A stretch of DNA of 64,000 nucleotides from Deferribacterales bacterium (GTDB lineage: Bacteria > Chrysiogenota > Deferribacteres > Deferribacterales > Geovibrionaceae): assembly GCA_050251875.1 (NCBI GenBank), contig JBFWMA010000007.1, forward strand, positions 64,001 through 128,000, read 5' to 3'. Numbering within the stretch: the first letter of the stretch is position 1; each line of letters opens with the position of its first letter. A program made the position numbers and the translations under genes. This document shows positions 28,962 through 39,166 of this stretch, in pieces. The notes under the pieces were generated by a model, which did not search any database, was not told the DNA's origin, and was given only the letters and a program-made list of their open reading frames with translations.

Positions 28962-30431
28962 TTATTTTGAAAGTTTCCCTATCATGCGGTTCATCACCAC
29001 ATTAAATTCTGTCACTGCGGAGCTGAAATCTTTCAGCTTGCCCAGCATATCCGGGTCGCCTTTTCTGACAGCCTCCACTACGATATCAGCGTATTTATGC
29101 GCCATTTTGTGCGGACCTTCTATCGCCCTGTAATCAGGGTCGTTTCTGAACTTCTCCTGATATTCCGCACTGTAATACGCCTTGCCGAACATACAGTTAG
29201 CGTGATCAGGTATTTTCATGTCGGTCTTTTTATTTATAACCGCTATCTGCATAGCCCTCAGAACGTTTGCGTGGGCTATTTTCGCCCTGATGAAAAGAGC
29301 TGCGTTATCTCCCTTCTTATAAGGAGAGACGGATGACTCAACCGTATTCACGGCGTTCATAAGCCCGTTGATAGAATCGGTAAGAGTATTGCTCTGTTCA
29401 TCGAGAACCTGTGAATCACCGGCAAGATTGTCTATATTTTCCATTATCATATTGGATGAGTCAATCTGCTGGCTCAGAGCGGCTGAAATATTATTAATCT
29501 GAGCGCTGATAAATCTCAGTTCGTCAGCAACTTTATGAAAACTGCTTCCCGCCTCGCTGTTCATCTCCAGCTGGCTGATAACCGCCTCAGATGTTTTTCT
29601 GGACATCTCGGCGGCGCTTCTGATGCTTCCGGTAATTCCTTTCACAACAGAATCTATCTCCTCTGTGGCGTGTTTTGTTCTCTCCGCCAGCTTGCGCACC
29701 TCGTCTGCCACAACGGCGAATCCACGACCCGCCTCTCCCGCTCTCGCCGCTTCTATGGCGGCGTTCAGAGAAAGCATATTGGTCTGATCGGAAAGGTCGT
29801 TAATAACCTTCAGAACATCATTGATCTTAGAGGCGTCTTTTTCCAGAAGCTGCATATTATCTGCGAGCATGTTCATGGTCTCGCCCATAATCTCAGATTT
29901 TCCGCCTGTCTCCTCAAAGCGTCTGGCGCCCACATTGGCGATATCCACTGAGGATTCCGCCTTTGCCACTGTTTCGTTTACTATTTCGGATATCTCGTTG
30001 ATGGCGCTCGCCAGCTCGTGCCCGGAAGAAGCCACCTGAGATGAGACATATCCGCTGTGCTCAGCGATTTTTTTGATCTCCGCAAGCTGATTGATAAGAG
30101 GAATAGCCGAGTCAGCCACAGAAGATATCCCCGTGTATGACTGGGTAATGTTTTTATCTATGCCTTTCAGATAACCGATAACGTTATCCGGAAGAACACA
30201 TTTATCTATGAGGGCATACTCGCCTGTTTCCATAAATGTGGCGAACTCGTCCTTAGCGGATGAGACCTCCTGTTTCATGGACAGATAACTGAGCCATATC
30301 ACGGACGCCACCACAATCAGGGCAGCTATCGTGACATATAAAGGACTTTTGCTGAAAATGATAATTAAAGCCAGGACAATAAGAAGAGCGCTCTGAACAG
30401 CCATATTCATTTTGCCGGACATGCTTCTCAC
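28962..30431 (-). CDS. Methyl-accepting chemotaxis protein with C-terminal CZB zinc-binding domain
   Basis: [35 protein letters not shown]-terminal [11 protein letters not shown]; two N-terminal TMs with almost no periplasmic loop. Confidence 0.9.
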   Translation of the reverse strand: MRSMSGKMNMAVQSALLIVLALIIIFSKSPLYVTIAALIVVASVIWLSYLSMKQEVSSAKDEFATFMETGEYALIDKCVLPDNVIGYLKGIDKNITQSYTGISSVADSAIPLINQLAEIKKIAEHSGYVSSQVASSGHELASAINEISEIVNETVAKAESSVDIANVGARRFEETGGKSEIMGETMNMLADNMQLLEKDASKINDVLKVINDLSDQTNMLSLNAAIEAARAGEAGRGFAVVADEVRKLAERTKHATEEIDSVVKGITGSIRSAAEMSRKTSEAVISQLEMNSEAGSSFHKVADELRFISAQINNISAALSQQIDSSNMIMENIDNLAGDSQVLDEQSNTLTDSINGLMNAVNTVESSVSPYKKGDNAALFIRAKIAHANVLRAMQIAVINKKTDMKIPDHANCMFGKAYYSAEYQEKFRNDPDYRAIEGPHKMAHKYADIVVEAVRKGDPDMLGKLKDFSSAVTEFNVVMNRMIGKLSK

Positions 30432-30531
30432 CCCTAAATAATATTTGACCCTATGTTAATAAAATTATCACATAATCACAACTGTAATTTAAAGATAAGT
30501 AAAAGAAATATTAGAGAAAATAATAATAAAT

Positions 30532-30558
30532 AAAAAAGCGGGTCATAAGACCCGCCTC
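30532..30558 (-). terminator. Terminator of the rubrerythrin gene
   Basis: Minus strand GGCGGGTC-TTAT-GACCCGC-TTTTTT. Confidence 0.8.
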
Positions 30559-30565
30559 TGTATGA

Positions 30566-31162
30566 TTAGTAGTTAACAACCACGAGTTCGAAATGTTCCT
30601 GTTTGTGCGCGCAGGCGGGGCAAACAGCGGGAGCTTCCAGTCCTTCGTGAACGTGTCCGCAGACAAGGCATTTCCAAGCGACTGTAGCGGGTTTTTTGAA
30701 AACGAGTCCGTTAGCGACATTTTCGGCGAGTTTTCTGTATCTGGCTTCGTGGTGAGCTTCGATAGCGGCGATTTTAGTAAAAAGAGCCTCAACCTGAGGA
30801 TAGCCCTCTTCTTTGGCTATTTTAGCGAATGTAGGATAGAGAATCTCCCACTCTTCGTGCTCGCCGTCAGCGGCAAATTTCAGGTTGTCCAGTGTCTGGG
30901 CTAAGCCAACGGGGTAGTCGGCATTCACGTTAACCATCATAGGGATCTCTGCGCCGAGGATATCGTTAGCGTACTGAAAAAAACGTTTTGCGTGCATTCT
31001 TTCGTTGTCGGCAGTCTCAAGAAAGATATTTTCTATCTGGCGGAAGCCTTCTTTGCGGGCCTGAGCAGCATAGAATGTGTATCTGTTGCGGGCCTGAGAT
31101 TCTCCGGCGAAAGCCTTCATAAGGTTTTGCAGTGTTTCTGAGTCTTTGAATGATTTTGACAT
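30566..31162 (-). CDS. rbr: Rubrerythrin
   Basis: AFAGESQARNRY, ExxH motifs, C-terminal WKCLVCG..CPAC.H. Start at MSKSFK. Confidence 0.95.
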   Translation of the reverse strand: MSKSFKDSETLQNLMKAFAGESQARNRYTFYAAQARKEGFRQIENIFLETADNERMHAKRFFQYANDILGAEIPMMVNVNADYPVGLAQTLDNLKFAADGEHEEWEILYPTFAKIAKEEGYPQVEALFTKIAAIEAHHEARYRKLAENVANGLVFKKPATVAWKCLVCGHVHEGLEAPAVCPACAHKQEHFELVVVNY

Positions 31163-31280
31163 TATTTCCTCCTGATGTTTGATTATCGCTACATAATACA
31201 TGTATTCGCAAAAATAGCAACAATTTTCTTTTAATAATTTTTATCGACTAATTGACTGTTTAATTGCTCACTTACTGATT

Positions 31281-32798
31281 TTACGGCTTTTTTCTCAATA
31301 CCGCAACCGCAACAACCTTATCTTCATTATTCATTTTTCTGATAGCTACGGTGCATGGAGTGATTTTACCTGAACAGTTCAGAGTGAGATCGGTTTCCCC
31401 GACACTCTCTGACTGGGTGCTGAAGAAGAAATCTGTGAAAATCGTCCAATCAGCGTCAGAACAAAAATCACCAAGAGACATGGAGAGCAGACCGCTCTTT
31501 TCCATGCCCATAAGTTCACAGGCGCTGGCGTTTACTTCTATGATGCGCCCCATAAAGCCGCTGTCCGCACGAACCACCACCACGGCGTCATGAACCATGT
31601 CTGCCAGCATGCGGAATTTGTTTTCGCACTGTTCGCTCTGCCTTACCTCGTGATATATTCTTTCGCTGAGCCTTTTGTTCATGTCTTTCAGCTGAATCTC
31701 GTACAGCTTTTTTTCTGTGCTGTCTAAAATGACAGAGCAGAGAACCGTCCGCCCGTTATAATCTATCGGAGAAGAATAGACCTCAACATTTTTGACATTG
31801 CCGTCTTTCAGCCTGTGTATGAAGTTAAAATAATTTCTCGCTCTGCTTTTGGCGTGCTGCATCTCTTTTTTGATAGCTTCCGGAGGCATTATATTGAGCT
31901 GGTCTATATGCATGGATATCAGCTCTTCCTTGCCATATCCGTAAAAGATACATGCGGCGTTGTTCGCCTCTATTATCTTTCCGCCGTTCTCGTTGTCTAT
32001 AATCAGCATGGGAGCCGAATGCCCGAAAAACATCTCACGGAACTTGCTCTCAGATGTTTCATAGTTTTTATGCTCGGAGAAAAGGTCGGTGATGTCCGTC
32101 AGAACAGAAATAAACTCGTCCGAGCCGCCTCCGGTGTTGACAACATCCACGATAAACCAGTGTTTATCGCCCGTTTCAGCGCTCGTTATACAGACTCTCT
32201 TCTCATATCCATTCAGCAGACCCGAAGAGATCAGTTCTTTCCATTCAGGATTGTTTTTCAGCGAATCTTCCTCTGTGTCTTCGAAGAAGGAGCACAGGCA
32301 TCTTTCAGACCTGCTCAGATCTTCCATGGTCTGATATCCTAAAAATTTCAAGGCAGATGAATTAGCAAAAAAGATTGAAACAGCGTCATGGATAAAAACC
32401 ATTCCGTGCACTCTGTTTACCAAAACATCGAGACTGCTTTTAAATTCTCTCAGTCCCTTCACTGTCTTAAATATATTGCTCTTAGAGCTGAAATCCACAC
32501 CGGCAGGCACAGCGCAGAAAACAAAGGCGGAATCTCCGGCGGCATAGAGCCTGATGTTATATATCTGCTTTTTTCCCTTTATGTTAAGAAGCGTGTTATA
32601 TGACTTTATCTCGGCTGTTCCATCCACCACATGTGAGAAATCCGGAATGGAAGAAGCATAGAAGCTGCTGGGCAATATCTTGTCAACATTGATAAAAACC
32701 TTCTCGAACTGTCCGTTTTTTTCTATAACATGAAGAGATGAGTCCGTGACGGCGGCGGGGATTTTTATCTTATCCAGCATAACAAGATAATCTTTCAT
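31281..32798 (-). CDS. Multi-PAS sensor protein with no output domain
   Basis: Three to four PAS repeats (FANSSAL, EANNAAC.FYGY..EEL, EVNASAC); ends after the last PAS. Confidence 0.75.
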   Translation of the reverse strand: MKDYLVMLDKIKIPAAVTDSSLHVIEKNGQFEKVFINVDKILPSSFYASSIPDFSHVVDGTAEIKSYNTLLNIKGKKQIYNIRLYAAGDSAFVFCAVPAGVDFSSKSNIFKTVKGLREFKSSLDVLVNRVHGMVFIHDAVSIFFANSSALKFLGYQTMEDLSRSERCLCSFFEDTEEDSLKNNPEWKELISSGLLNGYEKRVCITSAETGDKHWFIVDVVNTGGGSDEFISVLTDITDLFSEHKNYETSESKFREMFFGHSAPMLIIDNENGGKIIEANNAACIFYGYGKEELISMHIDQLNIMPPEAIKKEMQHAKSRARNYFNFIHRLKDGNVKNVEVYSSPIDYNGRTVLCSVILDSTEKKLYEIQLKDMNKRLSERIYHEVRQSEQCENKFRMLADMVHDAVVVVRADSGFMGRIIEVNASACELMGMEKSGLLSMSLGDFCSDADWTIFTDFFFSTQSESVGETDLTLNCSGKITPCTVAIRKMNNEDKVVAVAVLRKKP

Positions 32799-32969
32799 GG
32801 AGCACCTCTCAAAAAATAAAGATGATAAAAAATATCCATATTGAATTTATACTCATTTTATATAATTTAACACCATTAATTATAAAGACAATACAATGTT
32901 TTGTTGTTTATTATAATACCAAATTGGAATATAATATCATCAAGGGCAAACTATCATATTTGGTGGGTG

Positions 32970-35708
32970 ATGAAAAACAAACTGTCTGTTTTCACTTTTT
33001 TATCCATGATTATAGTCGCGGCGGTTTTTTCCATTATGTTGATATACAATATCTCTTCGCTCTCTGAAAAGCACATAGTCAACACCAGCCAGGAACTCGA
33101 GAAAATCTTTGTAAAACGTCAGAAAGAATATATCCACCAGGAAATAAACAGAATCACATCCCGCATATCCCTCGAAAAAAGAGAGGTATATCAGAACGCC
33201 AGAGACACCGTGAGAGCGAGAGTGGAATCCGCCGAAGGTTTTTTGAAAAACGTTCTGAAACGGGACTCATCGGAAAGACTTAGAAAAATAGCGCTGGAGG
33301 AGATGATCCACTCCTTTAAATGGGAATATTCCTCAGGATATTATTTCGCCATGGATTCCAAAGGAAATATTCTGCACCACGGCGGCAACCCCGATCTGGA
33401 GAACCAAAACTTACTCAATATGAATATCAGCGGCGACCTGAGGACTTTTCTGAACAAAGTATATAGAGAAAAAGAGGCGTTCGGAGAATACAAATACATC
33501 AGCGAAAACATGAACGACCGTGACAGCTATAAAGTAGCCTATGCCAGATATGACGAAAAGCTGGGTCTGCTCATCGGCGCCAGCATCTATCTGAAAGAAC
33601 TGACCGACAAGGCAAAAGAGAGCATCCTGCTGGAGATGCAGAACGACAGATACGGCTACAAAGATACAGGATATTTCTGGGTGATAACTCCTGAATATCA
33701 GACAGTCTTCCATCCGTCTCCGGATTTTCCGAAAGGCAGTCTGAAAGGGCTGACGGACATAGACGGCAAACTGTTCATAGATGAAATGGTAGACGCCTCG
33801 CTGAAGAGCGGCGGCGGTTTCGTAACATACAAATGGCCGGAACCCGGCTCCAAAATCAGCGTGCAGAAAGTGGCGTATGTGGAATATGTGCCCGACTGGG
33901 ACTGGATTATCTGCACCGGATTCTACTTCAACAACCTGAAAGAGACCACAGAGCTGGAAAAAGAAGTGATCGAATCCACGCTGGCGGATGATCTCAGATC
34001 GAACCTGATGCTGATATCCGCCCTGTTCATCTCCACCCTGCTGGTGGCTGTGTATGTTTCCAGAAAGATGGGCGCTGTGGAATCCAGCCAGACAAAATAT
34101 CTGAACGACCTGAAACAGTATAAAAACGTGATGGACGAAAGCTCCATCGTCAGCATAACCGACCCGATGGGGCACATCACCTATGTGAACGACAAATTCT
34201 GCGAGATCTGCGGATATTCCAGAGAATATCTGATAGGCAAGCGCCACAACATAATGAGACACCCGGACACCCCCAACGAACTCTTCAAAGACCTCTGGAC
34301 AACCATTTTAAAGGGAAGATCATGGCACGGCATCATAAAAAACCTGAGGGTGGACGGCGGACACTTCTATCACAAAGTATCCATCATCCCCTATAAAGAC
34401 GAGAACGGAACCATAGTCAGCTTTACCTCATGCAGTCAGGATGTGACAGAAGTCATCGAAAACAGGGAGATGCTCCAGAACGTTTTCAGCGTGGACAGGC
34501 TGACCGGGCTGGGCAACAGATATAAGCTGATAACAGATATAGAAAACTCTAAAATGCCGTCCCTCGCCTTCATAGACATAGACAGGTTTCACGAGATCAA
34601 CGAGCTCTACGGAATGACCTTCGGCGACAACCTGCTCAGCATGGCGGCGGAACGGATGAAGAACCAGTGCCAGCTGAAAATGTTCAATATATACCGTGTC
34701 CACTCGGATGTTTTCGCAGTGCTGGCTCCATACATCGACAAACAGATGTTTATAGAGCAGACCATGGCAGGCATAAACTCTGTCGTGGGAGAGGTTTTCA
34801 AGCTGGACGGAAAAGAGGTGATCATCCGCTACAGAGCGGGCTTTGCCAATGACACCGATGATATCATAGCTAAGGCTGATATCGCTCTCCAGCAGGCAAA
34901 ATCAGAAAACAAAAGCCATGTGGTTTATGACATTCACAATATAAACAACTCAGACATCTATGAGCAGAATATCAAGATAATGAAGATGCTGACAGAAGCG
35001 GTGGAGAATGACAGAGTAGTACCCTTCTTCCAGCCTATTTATGATTTCAGCTCAAAATCGATAGTGAAGTACGAGTGCCTCATCCGCATAATAAATAAAG
35101 ACGGCTCCATCATGCCGCCCTCAGAGTTTCTGGATGTCAGCAAACAGACCAGAATATACCCGGATCTGACAAAAATAGTCGCCGCTAAATCAATAGATGA
35201 ATTCAGAAACAGTCCGTATGAGTTCTCCATCAACTTCTCCGTGGAAGATCTGCTGAACCACAGCACCATAGATTATGTATATGACTATGCCTCACAGGCG
35301 GGCGTTCTGAACCGCATGGTGATAGAGCTGGTGGAGACCGAACAGCTCAACTCCAGCACAGATGTTGTCGCCACTTTGGAAAAGTTCAAACAGGCGGGGA
35401 CAAAGATTGCCATAGACGATTTCGGAACCGGATATTCCAACTTCGACTATCTGCTGAAAGTCCACGCCGACTATATCAAAATAGACGGAAGCATAATCAA
35501 GCTGATTACCAAAGACGAAAGAGCTCTGGATATAGTGAACTCCATAGTCAGATACGCCAAGAAGATGAATATGAAGACCATCGGCGAGTTTATCTCCGAC
35601 AGAGAAATAGCAAAAAAGGCTATGTCAGCCCACATCGACTTTGCACAGGGGTATTTCTACGGCAAACCGGAGAGGAAGCCTAACCCGAACCCGGACAATA
35701 CTCTGTGA
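32970..35708 (+). CDS. Cache-Cache-PAS-GGDEF(degenerate)-EAL protein, likely c-di-GMP phosphodiesterase
   Basis: Two Cache-like repeats, PAS (RHPDTP), DRLTGLGNR; GGDEF replaced by HSDVF; YECLIR, IELVE, DDFGTGYSN, IKIDGS, QGY. Confidence 0.9.
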   Translation: MKNKLSVFTFLSMIIVAAVFSIMLIYNISSLSEKHIVNTSQELEKIFVKRQKEYIHQEINRITSRISLEKREVYQNARDTVRARVESAEGFLKNVLKRDSSERLRKIALEEMIHSFKWEYSSGYYFAMDSKGNILHHGGNPDLENQNLLNMNISGDLRTFLNKVYREKEAFGEYKYISENMNDRDSYKVAYARYDEKLGLLIGASIYLKELTDKAKESILLEMQNDRYGYKDTGYFWVITPEYQTVFHPSPDFPKGSLKGLTDIDGKLFIDEMVDASLKSGGGFVTYKWPEPGSKISVQKVAYVEYVPDWDWIICTGFYFNNLKETTELEKEVIESTLADDLRSNLMLISALFISTLLVAVYVSRKMGAVESSQTKYLNDLKQYKNVMDESSIVSITDPMGHITYVNDKFCEICGYSREYLIGKRHNIMRHPDTPNELFKDLWTTILKGRSWHGIIKNLRVDGGHFYHKVSIIPYKDENGTIVSFTSCSQDVTEVIENREMLQNVFSVDRLTGLGNRYKLITDIENSKMPSLAFIDIDRFHEINELYGMTFGDNLLSMAAERMKNQCQLKMFNIYRVHSDVFAVLAPYIDKQMFIEQTMAGINSVVGEVFKLDGKEVIIRYRAGFANDTDDIIAKADIALQQAKSENKSHVVYDIHNINNSDIYEQNIKIMKMLTEAVENDRVVPFFQPIYDFSSKSIVKYECLIRIINKDGSIMPPSEFLDVSKQTRIYPDLTKIVAAKSIDEFRNSPYEFSINFSVEDLLNHSTIDYVYDYASQAGVLNRMVIELVETEQLNSSTDVVATLEKFKQAGTKIAIDDFGTGYSNFDYLLKVHADYIKIDGSIIKLITKDERALDIVNSIVRYAKKMNMKTIGEFISDREIAKKAMSAHIDFAQGYFYGKPERKPNPNPDNTL

Positions 35709-35927
35709 TCAGCCTTTTCTGAGTATTTTCTCCACGAAGAACTTGGCGGCGAGAAGTATCATCGGAGCGGCGTGAAAGACCAGATCGAATATGTCTATCG
35801 GTTTTTTCAGTGTTCCGGCGGCGAGCATTTTGAGCTTTTGCCAGATATGAGGCTCCGGAATGAAGGGCGCAAGCCCCAAAAGCACGGAAAACACTATCAA
35901 GGTAGGATAATCAAGTTTTTTCAGCAT
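35709..35927 (-). CDS. Small membrane protein
   Basis: 72 aa with LGLAPFIPEPH..KL..PIDIFDL.FH pattern and two hydrophobic segments. Confidence 0.7.
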   Translation of the reverse strand: MLKKLDYPTLIVFSVLLGLAPFIPEPHIWQKLKMLAAGTLKKPIDIFDLVFHAAPMILLAAKFFVEKILRKG

Positions 35928-35967
35928 ATCTGCTCCATCCTCTGTTCACAAAAAACACACATTTTCG

Positions 35968-35994
35968 TTAAGCATAATGATGTCCCGCCGATAT
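35968..35994 (+). promoter_or_regulatory. Putative sigma-28 (FliA) promoter
   Basis: TTAA-N15-GCCGATAT against the consensus TAAA-N15-GCCGATAA. Confidence 0.65.
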
Positions 35995-36031
35995 GCATAT
36001 TACTATGAAAATATTCACCACGGAGGGTGTC

Positions 36032-36673
36032 ATGTATGTGAACTATAACGCTAAGTCGGTCGGCTTGCAATATGACTCTTACGAAAAGAAATCCGACAGC
36101 ACAAAAACAACCTCGAAATCAGTCAATGTCGAAATAAAATATACAGCGGTCTCCGCCTCCGTAATCCATGAAGACAAGGCGGATATTTCAGACTCCGAAA
36201 CCAAGGCTCTCACAGACGAAGCGATGAGCAGAGCCGAGGCATATATTCAGGAATCCGTGAACAGGCTGAGAGAAAGGATATCACAGCACACCCAGAATGT
36301 GATGAAAGGTCAGTCCGAAACCGTTATGGCGGAGATCAGATCATACAGTCTGTCGGTGAAGATAACCCTTCAGTCTGAAACCACTATAGAAAACACAGAC
36401 TCAGGCATGCAGTCGCTGATATCCGAAGACGGATATTTCGGCGTTAAAAAGACGTCTCAGAGGATTTTCGACTTCGTATCCTCAATGGCAGGAAACAATC
36501 CGGAAAAACTGGCAGAAGCGAAAGAGGCTGTGCAAGACGGTTTCGATAAGGCAAAAGGAGCGCTCGGCGGTGATCTTCCGCAGATATCCAACGACACATA
36601 TGACGCCGTGATGGAAAAAATAGACTCATATATCGACTATCTCGATCATAAAAGCGAATCAGCATACGCATAA
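36032..36673 (+). CDS. Hypothetical helical protein (DUF5610-like C-terminus)
   Basis: GYFGVKKTSQRIFDF..GFDKA..LGGDLP..S..TY pattern; Ser/Thr/Lys-rich N-terminus; GGAGG RBS. Confidence 0.65.
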   Translation: MYVNYNAKSVGLQYDSYEKKSDSTKTTSKSVNVEIKYTAVSASVIHEDKADISDSETKALTDEAMSRAEAYIQESVNRLRERISQHTQNVMKGQSETVMAEIRSYSLSVKITLQSETTIENTDSGMQSLISEDGYFGVKKTSQRIFDFVSSMAGNNPEKLAEAKEAVQDGFDKAKGALGGDLPQISNDTYDAVMEKIDSYIDYLDHKSESAYA

Positions 36674-36700
36674 AAAAAGGGCGGTTAAACCGCCCTTTTA
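36672..36700. terminator. Bidirectional terminator overlapping the kinase stop codon
   Basis: AAAAAAAGGGCGG-TTAAA-CCGCCCTTTT. Confidence 0.75.
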
Positions 36701-38535
36701 TTTTTGTTTTCCAGTGTGATAATGATCTTAGCGCCTTTATCCGTGTTCTCCACGTTTATCTCGCCGTTCATCCTGTCGTTTATTATCAGCTTGCTCATAT
36801 AGAGACCCAGCCCTGTTCCCTTCTCCCCTTTGGTGGAGATATAAGCGTTAAAAATCTTTTCCAGCATATGTTCGGGGATACCGCCGCCGTTGTCTTCCAC
36901 GGCAACAGTCACATAGCGTCCGTTATCCAGCGAGCTGAGAGTGATGTCTATCTCGCCGTATTCAGTTTTGTTCTGTTCCAGCGCGTCTTTAGCGTTGGTA
37001 CAGAGGTTCAGGACGACATTCTTAAACTCGTTCTCATATCCGTAAACAACGGCCTTTTTCGCCTCTTCTGAATCGAAGAAAATGCCGCATTTTATATTGT
37101 GATATTTCAGCTGAGGTCTGTAGAGATCCATCACGCTGACAACAGCCTCAGACAGAACAAATTCCGAAGCCTTAGAAGACGGTTTCAGAAAATCCCTGAA
37201 ATCGTTCACAGTGTCGGTCATAAATTTTATCTGTTCCACGATGCTGGATACTGTTTTGCTGATGAGTTTTTCAGACTCCTCATCCACATCCAGAAGTTCC
37301 TGCATCATCTGCGATATCATGGATATGGAATTAAGCGGCTGAACCCACTGATGAGCAATGATGCCCACCATCTCGCCCATTGTCGCCATTTTTGACTGCT
37401 GAAGCAGCATGCGCTCCTGTTCCAGGTTTTTGCTGTGGATCTTTTTATATTCGGAAATATCGCTGATAAATCCGAAAAACAGCGGTTCATATCCGTCATC
37501 GATATATTCGAAACTGCCAAGCACATCAACGTGTGAGCCGTCTTTTTTCATGATGGCAAAATCAACGGGCTGTATCCTGTTATCAACGTTCATCAGCTGT
37601 TTGTAGGCGTTTAGTATCTTGTCTTTGCAGTCGGGTCTGATGATGGTGTCGGACGCTTTCTTACCTTTCAGCTCAGACGGCTGGTAGCCTATCAGATGTT
37701 CCAGATATTTATTATAGTCTTTTATCAGCCCGTCTTTATCCAGGGTGAAAATGCCTATATTAGCGTTGTCATAAAGTGTTCTGTAATAGGTATCCTGACG
37801 GCGCATCTCTTTTTCCGCCATCTTCGTGTCGGTGATGTCGTGTATGATGCCGTCCAGCGAATGGGTGCTGGGAGAAAGTTTTTTCATAACTATGCGCAGG
37901 TGCTTTTCCGACCCGTCCGGATGTCTCATCGAGACCTCGGTTTCCACCATGGTCTTATCCGCCGCCTCCGACATAACCTCGCAGAGCTGAGAGAAACCCT
38001 TCTCTTTAGCATTTTTGCAGATGTCTTCTATGTTCACCACAGATTTATCAGCTGAGAATCCCAGAACGCCGCAGGCCTCCGGAGAGAGTATCAGGCATTT
38101 GAGATCGTGGATATACTCAAACGTACCTGTGCCTGTCACAGCGTTTGCGTGGCTCAGCTTCTTTCTGTTCAGCTCCAGATCCTTCACAGCCATCCTGAGC
38201 GCCTGTGTTCTCTTCCTCACCTCTTCGGATGAGGTGTCCTCCTGATCTTCAGCGTCCATAAAGAGATTGATCGGGTGTAAGTTTATGATGATATTGTCTT
38301 TCATTCCGATGTCCTGAAAGACCATGATGAAGTTCTGAGCACCCAGAGAAATGAACGTGCCGTTCCTGCCCGCTCTGTTCTCGGCGGAAAAAAATCCGGG
38401 GAAAATCTCTGACAGAGCCTTTCCAACGGGGTTAGAATAAAATAATTTTCTGGCGGAAGGAGACACCCACTCAATAGTATCCTCAGGTTTCCGCCCTGTG
38501 GTTCTTATGATATAAGATTCGTTATTATTCACCAT
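36685..38535 (-). CDS. Cytoplasmic PAS sensor histidine kinase
   Basis: IAHQWVQPL H-box, NAKDA, DNGGGI, GTGLGL; PAS domains; no TM. Confidence 0.9.
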   Translation of the reverse strand: MVNNNESYIIRTTGRKPEDTIEWVSPSARKLFYSNPVGKALSEIFPGFFSAENRAGRNGTFISLGAQNFIMVFQDIGMKDNIIINLHPINLFMDAEDQEDTSSEEVRKRTQALRMAVKDLELNRKKLSHANAVTGTGTFEYIHDLKCLILSPEACGVLGFSADKSVVNIEDICKNAKEKGFSQLCEVMSEAADKTMVETEVSMRHPDGSEKHLRIVMKKLSPSTHSLDGIIHDITDTKMAEKEMRRQDTYYRTLYDNANIGIFTLDKDGLIKDYNKYLEHLIGYQPSELKGKKASDTIIRPDCKDKILNAYKQLMNVDNRIQPVDFAIMKKDGSHVDVLGSFEYIDDGYEPLFFGFISDISEYKKIHSKNLEQERMLLQQSKMATMGEMVGIIAHQWVQPLNSISMISQMMQELLDVDEESEKLISKTVSSIVEQIKFMTDTVNDFRDFLKPSSKASEFVLSEAVVSVMDLYRPQLKYHNIKCGIFFDSEEAKKAVVYGYENEFKNVVLNLCTNAKDALEQNKTEYGEIDITLSSLDNGRYVTVAVEDNGGGIPEHMLEKIFNAYISTKGEKGTGLGLYMSKLIINDRMNGEINVENTDKGAKIIITLENKNKRAV

Positions 38536-38577
38536 ATCTCCAAACTATATACTATTTATGAGGTGTTAACAAGTAGG

Positions 38578-38835
38578 TTAATTTTTTGCGGCGGGCGCCA
38601 GACTGAAAATAATCATGCCTGTTCCCATGCCTGTCACAAAGTGCATATGAAGAAAGAAATATGAGATGACAACCAGAAGAATGCCTATATAGCGCATCAC
38701 TCCCCATGAAGAGAATATGAAAGACCCGTGACGTGATATGTGTTTGTTGACAAAGGGTTCACCCTTTACAAAGACATAGCCGCCGCATATCATTCCGCCA
38801 ATAAAGAGCAGTATAAGATCAACTGTCGTGTGCAC
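38578..38835 (-). CDS. Small membrane protein
   Basis: 85 aa, three hydrophobic segments; start overlaps the upstream small ORF. Confidence 0.55.
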   Translation of the reverse strand: MHTTVDLILLFIGGMICGGYVFVKGEPFVNKHISRHGSFIFSSWGVMRYIGILLVVISYFFLHMHFVTGMGTGMIIFSLAPAAKN

Positions 38836-38986
38836 TGTGTATTTCCTCGTGTCTGTCGCATGTCTGTCCGGTCTGGCAGTGCCCCTCTCCGCATCGGCAG
38901 ACGCTCTTTTTGCTTCTGAGCTTCAGCATCAGGGCGAAGAAGGATACCGCTATGAAAACCGCCAGAAATACCGCTAAAAATCTCAT
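38819..38986 (-). CDS. Small single-TM Cys-rich protein, NqrM-like
   Basis: Manual translation MRFLAVFLAVFIAVSFFALMLKLRSKKSVCRCGEGHCQTGQTCDRHEEIHSAHDS (55 aa); GAGGT RBS; first gene after nqrF. Not in the ORF track. Confidence 0.6.
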   Translation of the reverse strand: MRFLAVFLAVFIAVSFFALMLKLRSKKSVCRCGEGHCQTGQTCDRHEEIHSAHDS

Positions 38987-39000
38987 CAATAACCTCTCAG

Positions 39001-39166
39001 AAAAAGTTAATCCTAAACTTTTTCAGATACCGTTAAGCTCGCAGGTTTGACCATCACGAGCGAAGCGTTGTGATCTCGGCGGGGTATAAAACCCCGCCCT
39101 ACTATCGGCAGGTGTTTCTAAACCGATCTATGATCCAAAATGCGTGCCTGCTATCGCACGCATTTC
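39001..39166. repeat. Cluster of hairpins including a GTAG-type REP
   Basis: AAAAAGTT/AACTTTTT, ATCAC/GTGAT, minus-strand GTAGGGCGGGGTTTTATACCCCGCC (39078-39102), AAATGCGTGC/GCACGCATTT. Confidence 0.65.

Noticed and set aside
33411..34262. 283 aa minus-strand ORF and similar long antisense ORFs (40823-41602, 49524-50210, 63180-63815)
   Set aside because: They lie opposite well-supported genes and are explained by codon bias.
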